A stretch of 64,000 nucleotides of DNA from the NCBI GenBank assembly GCA_973895155.1, contig OZ316891.1, positions 20,596,169 to 20,660,168 on the forward strand, given 5' to 3'. Under the pieces are notes generated by a model. The model had not been told where the DNA came from. It saw only the letters and a program-made list of their open reading frames with translations, and searched no databases. This document shows, in pieces, positions 36,496 to 50,620 of the stretch (position 1 is the first letter of the stretch; each line of letters opens with the position of its first letter). The position numbers and the translations under genes are program-made. The DNA comes from Marsupella aquatica (Eukaryota; Plantae; Marchantiophyta).

Positions 36496-38293
36496 AGTTC
36501 AAATTGTAGCCTGAAGGCTCTAGCATATGTAGTGCAATTCAGCAAGGGGTCGAGAAGAGTTGCATCTTGAAGACGGCACTTGTCTCACTTCAACGATCGA
36601 GTGACATCCCTCTCTTTTAATCCCTTGGTGGAAGGTCTACATTAGATCTCCATTTGATGAATTGTTTTGGAAGTCAGTGTAATACCTTCTGATAGATAAT
36701 TTTTGCGCGAGCCTCTGCTTGAGCATTTGTCTGTCAAGCAGGCATGAAGCAGTCTACTGTAGATAATTGTCATCGTGAAATGTTTGAGCTTGGCAAGTTA
36801 TTGAATCCACTCCAGCCTGATGTAACCTGTGGCACGAGTTGCCAAAGCGAGCTTCTGCTGTAGAAGGGATCTCCTCCGAGTATGGTCTTTGCAATTCTTC
36901 CAAATCTGATTGCTGCCGTGTGTGTCTGAGTTGACTGGATATTGCAAAACCCTCCTGGCCATCTTTCCAGTCACATAGTGCTCCACGTTTTAGTGTTCTG
37001 TTGCAAATGTAAGGGTTTGAGGGTTTTGGTTCCAAAACTTGTCATATTGTAATGTGCTTCATGATTAGAACTACAGTATACTTGCATTATTAGATTGCAA
37101 GTGCTGTGCTTGAAGAGAAATCCTCGTCGCCCTCATTGTGTATATCTATCCCTTGCCTTGCAATGTATTCCTGCCAATCCATCTAATAAGGCTTTAATGA
37201 ACGAGCTTGACAACCGTCACCCATCTATTGCGACCAAATGGGCATTCAGCCTACTAGTGGACATGAGAGACACTGTCACTAGACCTAGGAGAAAATCAAA
37301 TACATTCCATATCTTCTATGTGCATTATAAAACTCTATTTCCGCACCTTCAGAAACTCAAGACAAAATTGTACAAACAAGGAGAAGCTCAAGACAAGTGG
37401 TGCAATATGTGGAATGGACAATACAAATGAATCCTCAAAAACATGCCCTCAGATGATTTGAAATGATAGTGAACCTAATGTGTAGCGGAGTTGACAAACT
37501 TAGATCAGTGAGGAGATTTTGAAAAAAGTACTCCTCAAACCTTCTCCCAGAATTGTCTCTTTGCATTTCCTTTGGAAGGTTACTAGTTGTAACCCTCTGG
37601 GGACATGATGGAACCCAATGTAGCGGTGAGTTGACTAATTTGGATCAGTGAGGAGAATTGAAAAACCTGCTCTCCCAAAATTTTCTCTTTGTACATGAAA
37701 ATGACTTTTGAATTCAAAATTATTTCAAAGTACTGGCGTGGGGCTTAAGCTCGGCAGCCCATCCCCTATCAAGGATCATGGACTGTAATCCCTCTAGGGG
37801 AGAGATTACTCTACACTACACACTCCTCCATTTCCATATTACACAAGTTAAGCCCAAACCAGGTAATTGTAACCATAAATTCTCACCCGGTCACGTATTG
37901 ACCCACAGATCTCTGGTTGAGATCATGGGGTAGTGATGTAAACTCAAAGTTGTCTCATTCTTGAAGGTGTCTCATTCTGGTCCACCAGAACTGCTGGTGA
38001 CTCACAGCAAAGCACATCCCGAAGCCCTTCTGGCAGTTTCAACCCCTATTTTTATACTAAGTGGTTCAGTTGAGAAATGACCATTAACCTGCTCTGACAT
38101 TTGGCCACTTAGTACAATTCTATTGTCTGAATTCCATCCCGAATTCCATCAAACACCTCCTTTCTGGTCAGTTGGGTCTTCTCCATGTGGAATCATGTCT
38201 CCAAGTTGTAGAACTTGTTGGAGTCATGTCTCCTAGTTTGGCACTTGGTGAACTCATGTCTCCAAGTTTGGCACTTTTTGCTCTCTTGCAGTG

Positions 38294-38397
38294 TGGGGAT
38301 ACATTTCTGGTCAGTTACTTTCTAACTACAAGTGAACCTAATGTTGGGGATACATTTCTGGTCAGTTACTTTCTAACTACAAGTGAACCTAATGTTG
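38294..38397. repeat. Tandem duplication, 2 x 51 bp
   Basis: tggggatacatttctggtcagttactttctaactacaagtgaacctaatgt repeated. Confidence 0.95.
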
Positions 38398-39252
38398 AGG
38401 GCCCACGTAGACGGTGACAAAGCATGTGAGGAGTCACTGAAAACCAATTACTTGCCAATGGGAAACCTGCAATGGACTTGAATGTACTCACATCTGCTGA
38501 CATATAAGGAGCAGGCACTCTGACTAGTGTCTTTATACACCCTCCTCAGTATTATTGGACATACAGTCTCTTCGGCCCTAGGCCCTAGGCCCTAGCGCTA
38601 ACCTTGATTAACCGTGGCGAACCACGTCGGTTAAGTGGTCGGTTAAGTGCCTTGTCGGTCGGTATAAAGTGAGGTTTCAGAGATCGCCGTTTCAGAAAGA
38701 CTGGAAACTACCGACATCGGGATTCAGTCGACCGGGAAACGCGGCTCCGGAGACCAGTCCTTACAAAGGCCGTTCTCAACGAAGTTCTCCGAACTCACGA
38801 CGTCCCTTACAATTCCATCCGAACCGTCCGTTGAAGCGAAGAAGGGACTGGATCTACTGCTCAACTGAATCTTCGCTTTGAACACGACCTGTAGATCCGT
38901 ATTCCGTTTCGAAAGGAATCCTCTGAAAGGGTGACTCAGCGTACTTAACGGGAAACCGGGGATCACCGGTCTTTCCACGACTCTTTAAGGACATCCCCTC
39001 ACCGGGAACCGGGAAACGCAGGTCGCCAGTTCCTCCCGTGTGGGTACGTACCCGGATCTCAAGTCCGGGTTCCTTCCTTCCTTCTCTCCTTCGGACTCAC
39101 TTCTCTTCTCTTCTCTTCTCTTCTCTCGAGGAATTAACGAAAGGAAGTTCGTGTTCGTCGTCTATTTCTCCAATTTCTCTCCTCCACCTTTACCCTCTTG
39201 TTTTGCCGCTCGCAGATCGTTTGTCGTTGGGAGTAGATCGATCGGGTAGGCC

Positions 39253-42200
39253 ATGGTGGTCTGCAGGTGCCGCAAGGTATGTGTGTCTATCGAAGCGTTT
39301 TCATTGTTGTTTTTTCTTTCGAGCCTGGATTTGTGTTGCGAAATGCTAGACTTGCTTCTGCAAGTTGTGCGGCAGGAGGGGGTCCGACCATGCTTGTCAC
39401 GCTTCCGTAATAGAGGAGAGCGGGATTTGTGATGGATGATGTGTAGGTTCATCTGATCTGATTGACCGAGTTATACGAGTTTGATTTTGCCCAGATCTGC
39501 GTAGGATGCTCCTGTCAGTCGTTGTCTTCTATGGTGCTCGTTGTGTGGCCTGAATGAATGCAGACTCGTTGTGCCCGTGGATCTTCAAGCGTTTGAGTAC
39601 CGTGTCTCGTAGGAGTTTATTGAAGAGTCGGTTGTCGGACGGAAATAACCTGAGTTTCTGTAGGAAATGGTGTTTTCTCTCTCGGAACTTCAAGAGCTGT
39701 AGATCTTATGTATGTTTGCCCTTATATATGGCTGGTGGAACTCTCTGAGTGTTTTGCGATTCCGTCAGAACGGCTCGCGTGCTCCGAAATACTGCCTTAT
39801 GTGCATTGTGAGCTCTTCGGTACCCCATTCACGAAAGTGGGATGGCCAAAATTAGGGCAATAACTTGCTGTCGCTTATATGTCCACATCAGACCTGGCAA
39901 GGTTTCCTGCCATCTTGGGATCGGAGGGACATGTTATTACCTCAAGATTGGGAACTGCCACTAAAATTTGAAATCGTTCTTCGCAATGACTGAAAATAGA
40001 ATTGAGGCTAATGTCGACGAGGATGTCTACTCGTTTCAACCTAAACTCATCGCTTTAGCACACGTTTCGTGGATCGATTTCTCATGCTGAGATTCTTCTC
40101 TCCTACCCGCGTCACTTCCTGAACCGGCAAAGCATGTGTTGCGCTACAAACTTATGGTGATCAGCTCAATTTTAACTACCCCCGGTGATTGTTTGATCTG
40201 GGCTCCCGGAAACAAAGGACCAAGTCTCCCGACATAGATAACGTTCGGGCCGTTTGGTTCTGTACACACTTGCTGGATTGCTGATACAGAAGACGTGAAG
40301 TACAGATTTTGTTTCTCAGTTGGAGGAGAGTGTCTTGTTTGGAAACGTAGGGATTGTAATATGGCTGTACAAGTTGTTTTCTAGACCTGCTAATTATGGA
40401 AACAGCTCCGAACTAAACTGAATGACAAGATTCACCTCAAGTCTAGGTCTAGCTTCCGTCAAAGTTCTTTTCAAAGCCATCAGATACCTCAATATTGAAA
40501 AAGGAACTCAATCTATATTGAACATGCCTCGCCGGAGCTGGGAGTCAACTTTTGCTGCACTAAATTTAGGGAATTCTAAAATTTTGCTCGTCCTAATAGG
40601 TTTGGCCCTTGATGCAAATCTGGATAAATTGTTCTGATCGATCAAATGTCGTAATCTTCTTGCACCTTGATGCATTCTGGGTTCGAAATGTGGAGCTTGT
40701 GCTCTGTGTTTATGAGATCCCAGTTGAAGTGGTTTACTTAGTCAAATGGTTCTTATCAAGGGTTTATCCGAAAAGGCCAAATTTGGCATTCAATAAGTTT
40801 CTTCTACTCAGCCTTGTCTTTTAGCATAAAGATTTTATGACCTTAGTAGGTCATTGTCCATATCTTGCTGTGAAAGGGTTCCCTGGTCTTAGCGTGTATC
40901 GTCAAGGACCTCAGGCGCAAGTTTGAATTACTGATTCGTCAAACGCTATTTTGCAGGCAACAAAACTTTATTGTTTTGTGCACAAGGTTCCTGTCTGCGG
41001 TGAATGCATCTCTTTCCCGGATCATCGTCTATGTGTGGTACGTTCTTGTTCCTTCCTTCTGTGTGTTGGGTAATTTATAAGTTGTTGAAGTGGGAGTCCG
41101 AAAATGGCGTTTTGCAGAATATCCCCCTTCTGCCCTGTCCCTTAGAAAGCACCCCCAGAAATAATTTATTTTAAGAATTTGGATTGGGGCTTTGACGGGA
41201 TCCTTATAGCGGTCCTTCCAGGTACTTAGGAGGGCAGTTTGTTCTCATTAATTACAATTACGGTTTCACATTTTCTGGGGTCCTTGCAGTCCTGACCCGT
41301 TAGTAACAATTAAAAATGTTATTAAACTGCAGAGCTCCAAACTAGAATCACAACTCATCAGTTCCTTTGGTAATCGATGGCAATTATGCTTTGAGAAGGA
41401 AATTATGAAACGGCACTGTAGTCCTTTGCTTGTGACATCTACAGTCGTATGTCTAAAGCAGTGTCTCGCCATTGGGTCAGTTAGGTGTGCTCCACATGTA
41501 AGTATATTGTTTTTGGTGACATGAGCTTTCTGTTTCGAGAGAAATTGTTCTGCTTGAGGCATTTGTACATAAGCGTAAAGTGTCACTATTGATGTGCAGG
41601 TCAAGACGTATTCTGACTGGGTCATAGACGGGGACTATGACTGGCCTCCCAAGTGTGGCCTATGTCAAGAAGTTCTTCAAGAAACAGACGATGTAGCGCG
41701 ACTTGGCTGCTTCCGTAAGTTCTCTCAGAACGTAATTATTATGCTGCGTGACGGATTAATCGTTACTATACGGATCAACTTGGTTACTGGTGTAAGTAGG
41801 TATCTTTATGATAGATGAAGGGCAGGTTCCCGATATGAGTCTTTGGTTGAAGTGGTGCAAGTCATTTGACCTTCAAGAGATCAGCACATGTATTAATTTG
41901 TCGGATGTTGTTGACTCAATAGACATTCTGCACAGTAATTGCCTGGAGAAACAATTGCGCAGCTTCCCTCCTCACACTGCACCTGCTGGATATACTTGCC
42001 CAACATGTTCTACACCTGTGAGTTTCTAACTAATCTCCTTCCAACTGAAGACAAAATCGTACTCATTTGTTCCAGATTCACGTCCTAGAAACAGTGTCTA
42101 TGTCCTTCCAATGAATGAAGTCTCTTTTTTCTGAAATTCGGGGTGCCACTAGTAACACAAAAGAGATTCCGACGAAATGAAGTTTTGATCGCGATGTGCC

Positions 42201-44259
42201 TCGGGACGGTCTCAGAACATCAAATGACAACGCTACAGATTTTTAGTGCTTGTCACATGGACAGTCAATCGATTCTAGGAGCTTGTATGTGATAGGCTTG
42301 TAGGTGTTGTGAAGCTTCACTTGGTCAGGTGTATTTGTGTCTTATCAACACAGAATCAGTTTTGAAAACCCAAGCTCTCAAGAAGAGCGTAGGTCAATGA
42401 ATCAAGATTGCATCTAACTTGTTCATGTGGGTTGGTAATCAGATCTGGCCTCCTAAGTTGGTCAGAGATTCAAACTCAGTGCTGCACACAAAGTTGAAAG
42501 AAATTATTTCTCAGGTTAGGCTCCTAGTGCCTCTCTTCATCTTCACAGCTTGCTGGGTTTGACTGCCGTCGTGTTCTTGTACATGAAGTGGATACATTTT
42601 AGCCTTTGGGTTTGATTTGTGTTTCCTTCTCTAGTTTTTTGTACGTTGTTGGACTGACCATCCACCCTAGATAATCGAAATTGAAACTTTGATATTAGTT
42701 TTTGAAGAACTAGGCGTTCCTACCGTTGAATCAGAGGTTGAGATGGTGGTAATTGCTTTCCCCAAATTGGGAGGTGTTTAAAAAAAACTGAAGGTCTTGA
42801 GCTTGTCATTTATTTTGCCTTGGAACTATGGTATGGTCTCGACTGATGATGAAGAAATGATTGGTTTGTGAAATTTGTGCAGAGTGGGTTGGCCACAACT
42901 TTACTCGGTAGTGACCTTAATGCGCAATCTACACAAAAACCTGCACCTCCGGCTTTCTCATCCTCCCCACTTGTTTCAGCAGGAAGCCAGGGGCATTTAC
43001 CCTCTGCTGAAGAAATATCTCCAACAGCTTCTTCAGTGCCTGGGGCCGTGCTGCTTGAGGCTGATAAGTTAAATGGCGGACATGCTCCTTCGATTGGAGA
43101 AATTACACACTTGCATGAATCAGCATCACATCTGGACGCTGGAACAGCATCCTCGACAGGTGCAGGAAGTAGCAGTTTGGGATCAACACCTGCTACTTCT
43201 CATTTCACCAAAGCTGGACCTCCACCAACTGTAAGTAGGGAGCAAGGTTAACTTTCATGGTCATAAAATTGGTCCCCTTTGTCTTCCCTAGGCTGTGCGA
43301 TACACGTAAGTTTTGGTAGAAAAACTGGTATCTCTACTCTCATTTTAAGTATGAAAAAAGAATGGGGTTATGGATAGGAGTTCTCTTTGGTTTGCATGAC
43401 AAGTAAATAATTTTGTGTCTTGACTTCTCTTTGGATCAAGAAGGTTGTCAATGTCGACTGAAAGGATATAGGTGGTTTGAAGTTCTCAGTGAGAAACTCT
43501 GTTTGTTTTTGCGTGCGCAGTTACAGCTTCAAAATGGGGCTATGGCAAGAAAAAACTCCATACGCATGGATGTCTTGAACCCCTCAGCGTCAGGGTATGA
43601 CGATGACGAGGATGGAAGTCATAGGAAGTACAGTCGGCGGGGTGAGATTTACGTGATCTATCCAAATTGTATTCTTGGAAAATTTGTGTGGTGTAACTCT
43701 AGAAGGGCGGAGTTAAGGAAGAGTACATCGGGAGTACTGACTTGTTGTTTCGAAGAAGAATTCTCGTGAAAACTCTGCCTGCTTTATTCTCTAGTGAATG
43801 TCTAAGTTGTTAGGGGCAAGGAGCTAGTTTGAAGTTCTTAATGGTTGTTTATGTCAATTTGGATTACAGGGCCCTTGCATCATCAAGTCCTGAGATCGTT
43901 GGTACCATTCTGGTCACCAGCCCTTGCTACATTACCAGTGACAACGCCTTCTTACGAAGACAAACATTCTCCTCGTGCAGAGGATTTAATCGATGGCCGA
44001 TCACGCAGAAAGCAGCGGCATGCTGTGACTTTTGATACCAGAAAGTTGCTTCTTTGGTTTGCGATAATGTGAGTAGCTTCTTCACATTTATCTTTTTTGT
44101 CGTTTATGTGACCATATATTCAGATATCTAATTGTTTTAACTTAAGAGCATCTTTGGTGTATGTGTAGATCATGTATGGCGACAGTATTGCTTCTGTACT
44201 ACAGGCTGGCCCAGGACCTCGGCCACTCAGCAGTCTCTACTCAAGTTGAAGAACAATAG
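39253..44259 (+). CDS. ZFPL1: Zinc finger protein-like 1 homolog (B-box-like + RING/PHD-like, C-terminal TM), 9 exons
   Basis: MVVCRCRK|ATKLYCFVHKVPVCGEC..H..CV|VKTYSDWVIDGDYDWPPKC..C..RLGCFH.LH..CL...FPPHTAPAGY.CP.C.P|IWPP...DDEDG..KY.RR...KLLLWFAIISCMATVLLLYYRL. Stop at 44257-44259. Confidence 0.93.
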
Positions 44260-45585
44260 TCAGCTACCGCTTAACCCAGCGGATGCAAATCATAATCGGC
44301 TTTACACTCCTGGTAAGAGTCTGCTTCTTTAAGGAAAATGACAGGAACTGTCTAAATTGTGAGCCAGTTTCTGTTCATAGGCTGCATCCCGGACACCTTG
44401 TTATTAAAATGTCCTCGGCGCACTTATAAACCAATCTCCTTCAAGTTAACGGGTTCACAGGAACTATTCCCACAAGGCGTACTATTGCAAGATAGTGCCG
44501 GGACCTTTTTATTTCTCGAGCTGCATCTATTCAATAGAATAGACGAGGTTTAGAGTTCTCAGGTTGTCCCGGGAGGGCATCTAGCTATATCAGTAGCATC
44601 TTCACTATTGTACCCCCGCCTGGATCTAGTGCTGTACTCGATCTTGAAGATTTGAATCTTTGGGAATATCTCCTGCTTTCGGCTTGGGAGAGAGGTTGAA
44701 GCTTAAATAAACCACTTTTGGATCAGTTTTGGCCCCAAAAAAACTTGTCAGGAAGCCGCTGAGGTCGTAGAAATTGCGACAGTTTCTCTTTGAAACTCTC
44801 CTGGATCATAATTCAGTACGAAAGTGACTGATGATCTGGATGGCGATACTGTCCTTTGGATCAAACAGCTCTTGAACTTTCAGAATGACCTCTTCTTGGT
44901 GAACTACTAAGTCTTATTTAACAAAACCAGCTCGTCTGCTTGGTTGTGTTTATAAGTGAGGGTTTTATTGGACATGAAGATTCACCCCTAGGCGGGAGCC
45001 CCCAAGGGCAAGTGAGTTTCCATCCATTAACGTCTTCTGTTTGGTTCTCCGATAAACAATAAATAGTGAATTCTCTGTATTGATAGTTAAAGCTGGGCAT
45101 TGGGTCCACCCGAGCCTCCTATTGCTACTACAATTCATGAGTTTCTAGATATCGTGCTCCCAAATTTACCATTGTACACGATCACAATTTAAACATTTTT
45201 GGTTTTGACATAGAAGCCATTGTACAATACCAAAAGAAATAAAACGGTAATTGCCTGAGCTGTCCTACAGATATTCTCACATCAAATGCCACTCTATACT
45301 CACAACAAAACAGTTTTATGGTCCAGCAATTTTTGTTTGACTTGTTGAGATGCACGTCAAGAGACTTTCATTGTCGATGAATTGTTTTCTTCCCGGATAT
45401 ATGTCAAACTGCCAAGGAACCAAAAGCGCCCAATGAGACATGATTCCTCATGCAACAAACCCAATCAAGGAGAAAGACTAAAGGACAAAATATCCCAAAG
45501 ACCATGGCAAAAGCCGAAGGCAAGAGGAACCAAAACCACAAAAATATAAACCCTACCTATTGGTAAAAATAAGAGCCTGTATAAC

Positions 45586-46380
45586 TCAGTCAGAATGGAG
45601 TGTCGAGCAAGTGGATCTGACTAGATGCCCTAAATTCAACTGTCTCCTCTCTACTAAGAATAGTGCAAGCCTATGCACTCTGAACAGCAATAGACACTCG
45701 TTGTCTAAAAAAGGCTGTAATAACAGATGTTGGGGGGTATGGTCTTTGCTCGACATAATGAATTGTACAAGAATGCAAGAAATGGCCGAATGTCGGGAGT
45801 AATGGTCCGAAAACCTCCACAGCAAACGGGTAAAAAGGCCCCCTGGATAATGTACCAGATAAGCCTCCTCCTTAAGGCAAGCAGCCCTTGCAGCAGCATC
45901 TGCCTATAGATAAACCACTGATGCCACATTGGCCCCACTAGTAGGGTCAGCAACGACGTATCCCAAAGCGCCCAAACTCCAGCACGAGAGAAGCCCAAAT
46001 CAACACTATGCTTGTCAGGAACCCTTCCTTGGGTGTTAACACATGTCACTGTCCCATCATGACATGGTACCCAGAGTCACACACGATGGCAGCCACCACA
46101 TCTCAATTGTCATCGTGAGTTGCTGTCCACTCACTACCATGACCACACCTGAGGATATGAATGCCCTCCCTATCCAAGGGCGCCCCATAGACACATGTGG
46201 GTTGGCCCAAGAGGCAAGGATGAGGAAGACCAAGTCAGAGACGCATAGTGAAGATGGAAGGCCTCATATGAAAGGGGGCCCACTGGGCTGGCGGATAGCA
46301 ACGCCCCTGAACCAACGCTCAAACTAGATAAGAGATGTGCCTGAATCAAGTCTGAAGGTGCCTTGGAAAGCATGCTAGAA
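45586..46380 (-). mobile_element. 5'-truncated, degenerate non-LTR retrotransposon with restriction-like endonuclease (CRE-like)
   Basis: Across frameshifts: AHLLS..VGSGALLSASP, RL*LGLPHP..CVYG..DREGIHILRC.HG.E...HD..DVVAAI (zinc knuckle), VVADP..AA.AA..KE..Y..PG.FYPFAVEVFG..FL..C (~45807-45835), FRQRVSIAVQ. Confidence 0.75.
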
Positions 46381-47842
46381 AGAGTATGTTAGTGAATGCC
46401 ATATGCAATCACTATTGTACTCAATACAAACTGTCCATAACACCCCCTTTAAAGCAGGGAACACACTCGACACATCTTCTGGCAATAAAGACCAGTCTCG
46501 AGATGTTAACTTAGTGTATATTTTGAGGTAGGACATGTGACACTAGACTAATATAAATACTTCTATTTTATAAAAGTAAGAAAAAACTATAGTTTCTAAT
46601 GTCAATTACCTATTTTACTGTATAAAAATTATATATTCAAGAATATTCTATAAATTTGAGTTTATATTACTTTATTTTCTTGACTTTGCTTTTTACAAAT
46701 TTAGCTAATTTGCATCAGAAATATTTATTTTGGATTGCATGTGATTGCACGTGGCAAACAAATATGGGAGTGGAATACGGAGAAGCCAGTGGGACAAGGG
46801 TGGGAGGAAGGGAACTCGGAAGGGGGATAGGCTTCATAGGGAAATAGTGGAGTAGAAAGGAAGAGGCGAAAGCATCGAAAATAGACAAAACAGAAAAAGG
46901 GATAAGAAAACAAAACCCTGAACATTTAGAAAACAAAACAAAAACAAAGGCTGGATGTCCAAAGTAAAGAAGCTCAACCCGGTATTGGCAAGATCTGAAC
47001 GAAAGGGAAAAGATCACCATGCCGATCCCAGAAGCACCTCAGGCCTCAAGCAAATCTCGGCTCGCCGCCCAAAACAGACCACACGCACCCCAGCCGCAGC
47101 ACCACGCAATGACACAGCAAACTGCAATAGGCGCCGGGCACCTCCAAACCCAATCCGGCTTCAAACCTTAAAATCACTGCCCAACTACACCGGCCCAACG
47201 GCCACTTAACTTCCGGAAGCAGGTCAAACCATCGCCCAGAAGGTCAAATCTAACCCCCCAGGCCCCTAAAGGACTTCACTTACAAATCATTGCTTGAATT
47301 TGATTGTATTCATAAGCTGGTTTCTAATTCACCATACCTCAATAAATGTGAACTGAATTCAACCTTCATCTTTGATATTGTATGCTTAATCTGCATATCA
47401 TATGACAGCAAAATTTTGCACCTTTCATGTGTTACAAACACAGGAATTCCGTGTTCATCACACGCTATTGGCATGTGATGGAACATAAACTCACTCACGC
47501 TCATTTAGAATAGAAGAACACACATTTACTCCCCACTTCTTATATCGAAGCACACATTTATTACCATTTATAATATGTCCTAAACAAACCCTCTCATCCT
47601 TTCTCCAACCACAGCTTTCCTGTCTATGGTAGCCTCACCATAACTGATCAACTAACATAGAGTGACTCAACTTAGTTAGTAAAAGAGATGGATACCCTAT
47701 GTAGGGCGCTAGAGAGCTCTGCTTCCTCCACGGCAAAGATTTGACGATCGGATAGGACGATCGGATAGGACGATCTGGATTGCTTCGTCCAGAAATGCGT
47801 TCATGGGCAGACAAATTTCACCATGTGCATTCCGAGGCACAT

Positions 47843-48003
47843 CTTCATGACAGTAGGCAGCTCTACTTCCCCATTTACCAAATTTCTCACGCTTCACATC
47901 CATGACTTCCATCAAAGGCACAATACTTCATGACAGTAGGCAGCTCTACTTCCCCATTTATTTTACCAAATTTCTCACGTTTCACATCCATGACTTCCAT
48001 CAA
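47843..48003. repeat. Direct duplication of ~75 bp
   Basis: cttcatgacagtaggcagctctacttccccattta...catccatgacttccatcaa twice. Confidence 0.9.
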
Positions 48004-49034
48004 GAAGTGAACGAAAGGAAACTATTTCCCGAACTGGGTTTTGTTTGTGAATTTCTTCTCCGGTTTCAGAGGAGTTTTCTCAACACTCACATCGGAGCAG
48101 AATTGTTGAGCACAAACTACAGATAAGCTGAATTCGAGGTAACGAGGCAATTTCAATGACTCCGACGTCCTTGCACGCGGCTCGATTCAGAAACACTTAG
48201 TCGTCCTCTACGTTGTGAACTCCACTAAAAATTTCGTTGTAGCACTTGAACTTTGGAAATACAAACGATTATGTTGTGAGGAGACATGGACAAGATGATT
48301 TCCGCTTTAAGGAAGCCTTGCAAGGAAACTTTTTCCGATAGTGAACCCAACTGCATACAAAAGCTCTAGCTGATACAAATGTTCAGTTTTTCTAGCAAAC
48401 AAAATGAATTCCATTAAACGACAGTAACTGTGGCCGGCCATAAGATGGAATTGCTCCGGATGCGTCTGATGGTGCTCTCGCACGTCAGTACAGTTGAATA
48501 AAATTTAGAGGTATGATTATGGGATAATCAGTACTTATTAGACATTACTCAGTAGTGAGAGGACGATAGAAGAACGAGATCGGATGGAAGCAATCAAAAG
48601 GAATGGCTCGTTCCCCAAAGACCAAGGAACAGTACAGAAGACAAGGGCACCAAAGGCAGTTGCGAAATCCTTAGTTAGCAGACACGTCCAGAAACCAACG
48701 ATAAAATTTCGTTCTATTGACCAGCGAAACAGACCCACAGATAGCAACTTAGCCAGATGCTTGCAGATGAATCAGGAAAAGTTTACGATACATATTACAC
48801 CTCTTCAAAACTGCAAAAGTTACTCCTTAGAATCTCCTTTCAAGTATCCGCCAGACGTTCTAAAATTGATAATATTTTCACTCGTGAGAGTAATCTGGCG
48901 AAGTAAACTGAAGAAGATTTCATGCCCGGCCTCACAAAATCAGAAACTGCTCTTAACAATGTGAAGAAGCACAGAAATGACCCATGACCCTGGATTCTAC
49001 AACGCCTACCTGACCTAATACTCTCAAAATTGAG

Positions 49035-50091
49035 CTACTGCGCGGATGGCTCCCAGCCTGAGGGTGCAGCAGGGGCGGTTTCCCAACCTGATGGGGCCAC
49101 AGGGGGTGGCACAAAGGCTGGTGGAGCAACAGAAGAAGCGTCCCAACCAGCAGGAGGTGCAGGAGCCACCCACTCAGCTGGCGCACCGGGTGGAGGAATG
49201 ACGGGGGCAGGAGCAGGCGCACCGTCGGCCTCCCACTGTCCAGGATCAGCACCGTCCCATTGTCCAGCATCAGCCGTCAAAGCAGGTGGAGGCACATACT
49301 CTGTTGCGGTGAACTCTGGTGCACCCGTTTCCTCCTCCTCCCTGTCCTTGGTTTCATCAGGCTCACGGTAAAAGAAGAGATCGACCATCACTTCCCATGG
49401 CCTGGTCGGGGTGATTGTTCCGCGCATCTGCAGCACCATCCTTGCCAACAGCCAGAACAACGCTCCTATGCTGTGCTTGCCCTTGTTATTCGCGGGGATA
49501 GCAATGTCGACATGACGCATGGGAGAGTCGGTGTCACAGAAGGCGATGGTGGGAATGTTTCCGAGCGCCGCCTCTCTAATAGGCTGCACGACCAAAATTC
49601 ACCGAATGAGCCCCTCCCTACAATCCAACAAGAAACCCAGACACAAGAGCAGCGAGAAAGAATAACTCTAGACCTAAACCCAAAGACATCGACGAAACCC
49701 ATACACGCACCTGATGATCCGTTCGGGGGTCAGTCAAAATCAACAAGCGGGGTTCGCTGAAAGTGTTCTGCAGCTGATTAGTGAACGTCCCGGGAGTGTG
49801 TCGCCCAGCGATGGCCTGTGCGCCAGTGTACTGCGCGAACTTCAACACCGCCCTCTGCCCGTAAGGCCTCGCGGACTGAACGATGATATCCTGCGGGTTC
49901 TCAATCGCCACAATCACCCTCGCAGCGAGCTGCAGCTTCTCCCACGTCTTGCCGAGGTTGATGATAAAAATCCCGTCCGTTCGGCGGCGCCAAACGTACC
50001 GCTCCATTTGGAAATCGCAATTCTTCGTGCCAAGATGCACGTCTGCCGCAAGCATCATCTGCACATCCTGCTCTCGCTGCGTGAGCACCAT
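49035..50091 (-). CDS. RPSA: 40S ribosomal protein SA (uS2), 2 exons (50091-49711, 49583-49035)
   Basis: [22 protein letters not shown]...[12 protein letters not shown]...[11 protein letters not shown]|[21 protein letters not shown]...VDLFFYREP plus W-repeat tail. One 127-bp GT-AG intron. Confidence 0.97.
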
Positions 50092-50290
50092 CTTGCAAGT
50101 TCGATAGCTGGCTCCCGGTGTCTGCTTCTTGCGTAGGTTGGTTGCAGGCGAATCGATCGATTGATCGACCGTCTGACGAGAGAAAAACGGACGAAGCTCG
50201 AGACGAGAAGAGGAAAAGAAGGCAGCAGATCGCCAATCTGCACAAAAGGCACGAGACGTCGAGAGTGCGAAAGTATGTACAGAGAAGAAG

Positions 50291-50349
50291 AACCCTAAAA
50301 TTCCCACACCCCTAAACTGAAGACTGACGGACGGAACCGGAGCCCTAAA
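50291..50349. promoter_or_regulatory. Telo-box-like motifs upstream of RPSA
   Basis: aaccctaa (50291), accctaaa (50309), gccctaaa (50342). Telo-boxes (AAACCCTA) are typical of plant ribosomal protein promoters. Confidence 0.6.
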
Positions 50350-50443
50350 ATCGGAGACCTGGGTTAGACACGGAACACCTCGGGTTAACCACCACTGTCA
50401 ACCCCTCGTGTAATTTCATAAAGTGATCAAGTATAGTAAAGTC

Positions 50444-50620
50444 CTGTTTGGAGGGCATTCTGGGATATAATGTCCCCAAAACGAGAGATAAAATGGTGTT
50501 TGGAGGGGCTACTGTTGTACTGTTGTTAGTAATGCTGTTTGGAGGGCATTCTGGGATATAATGTCCCCAAAACGAGAGATAAAATGGTGTTTGGAGGGGC
50601 TACTGTTGTTAGTAATGCTG
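50444..50620. repeat. Tandem duplication, ~90 bp x 2
   Basis: ctgtttggagggcattctgggatataatgtccccaaaacgagagataaaatggtgtttggaggggctactgttg repeated. Confidence 0.9.

Noticed and set aside
36754-37430. Short ORFs downstream of cutC
   Set aside because: No recognisable motifs or splice structure.
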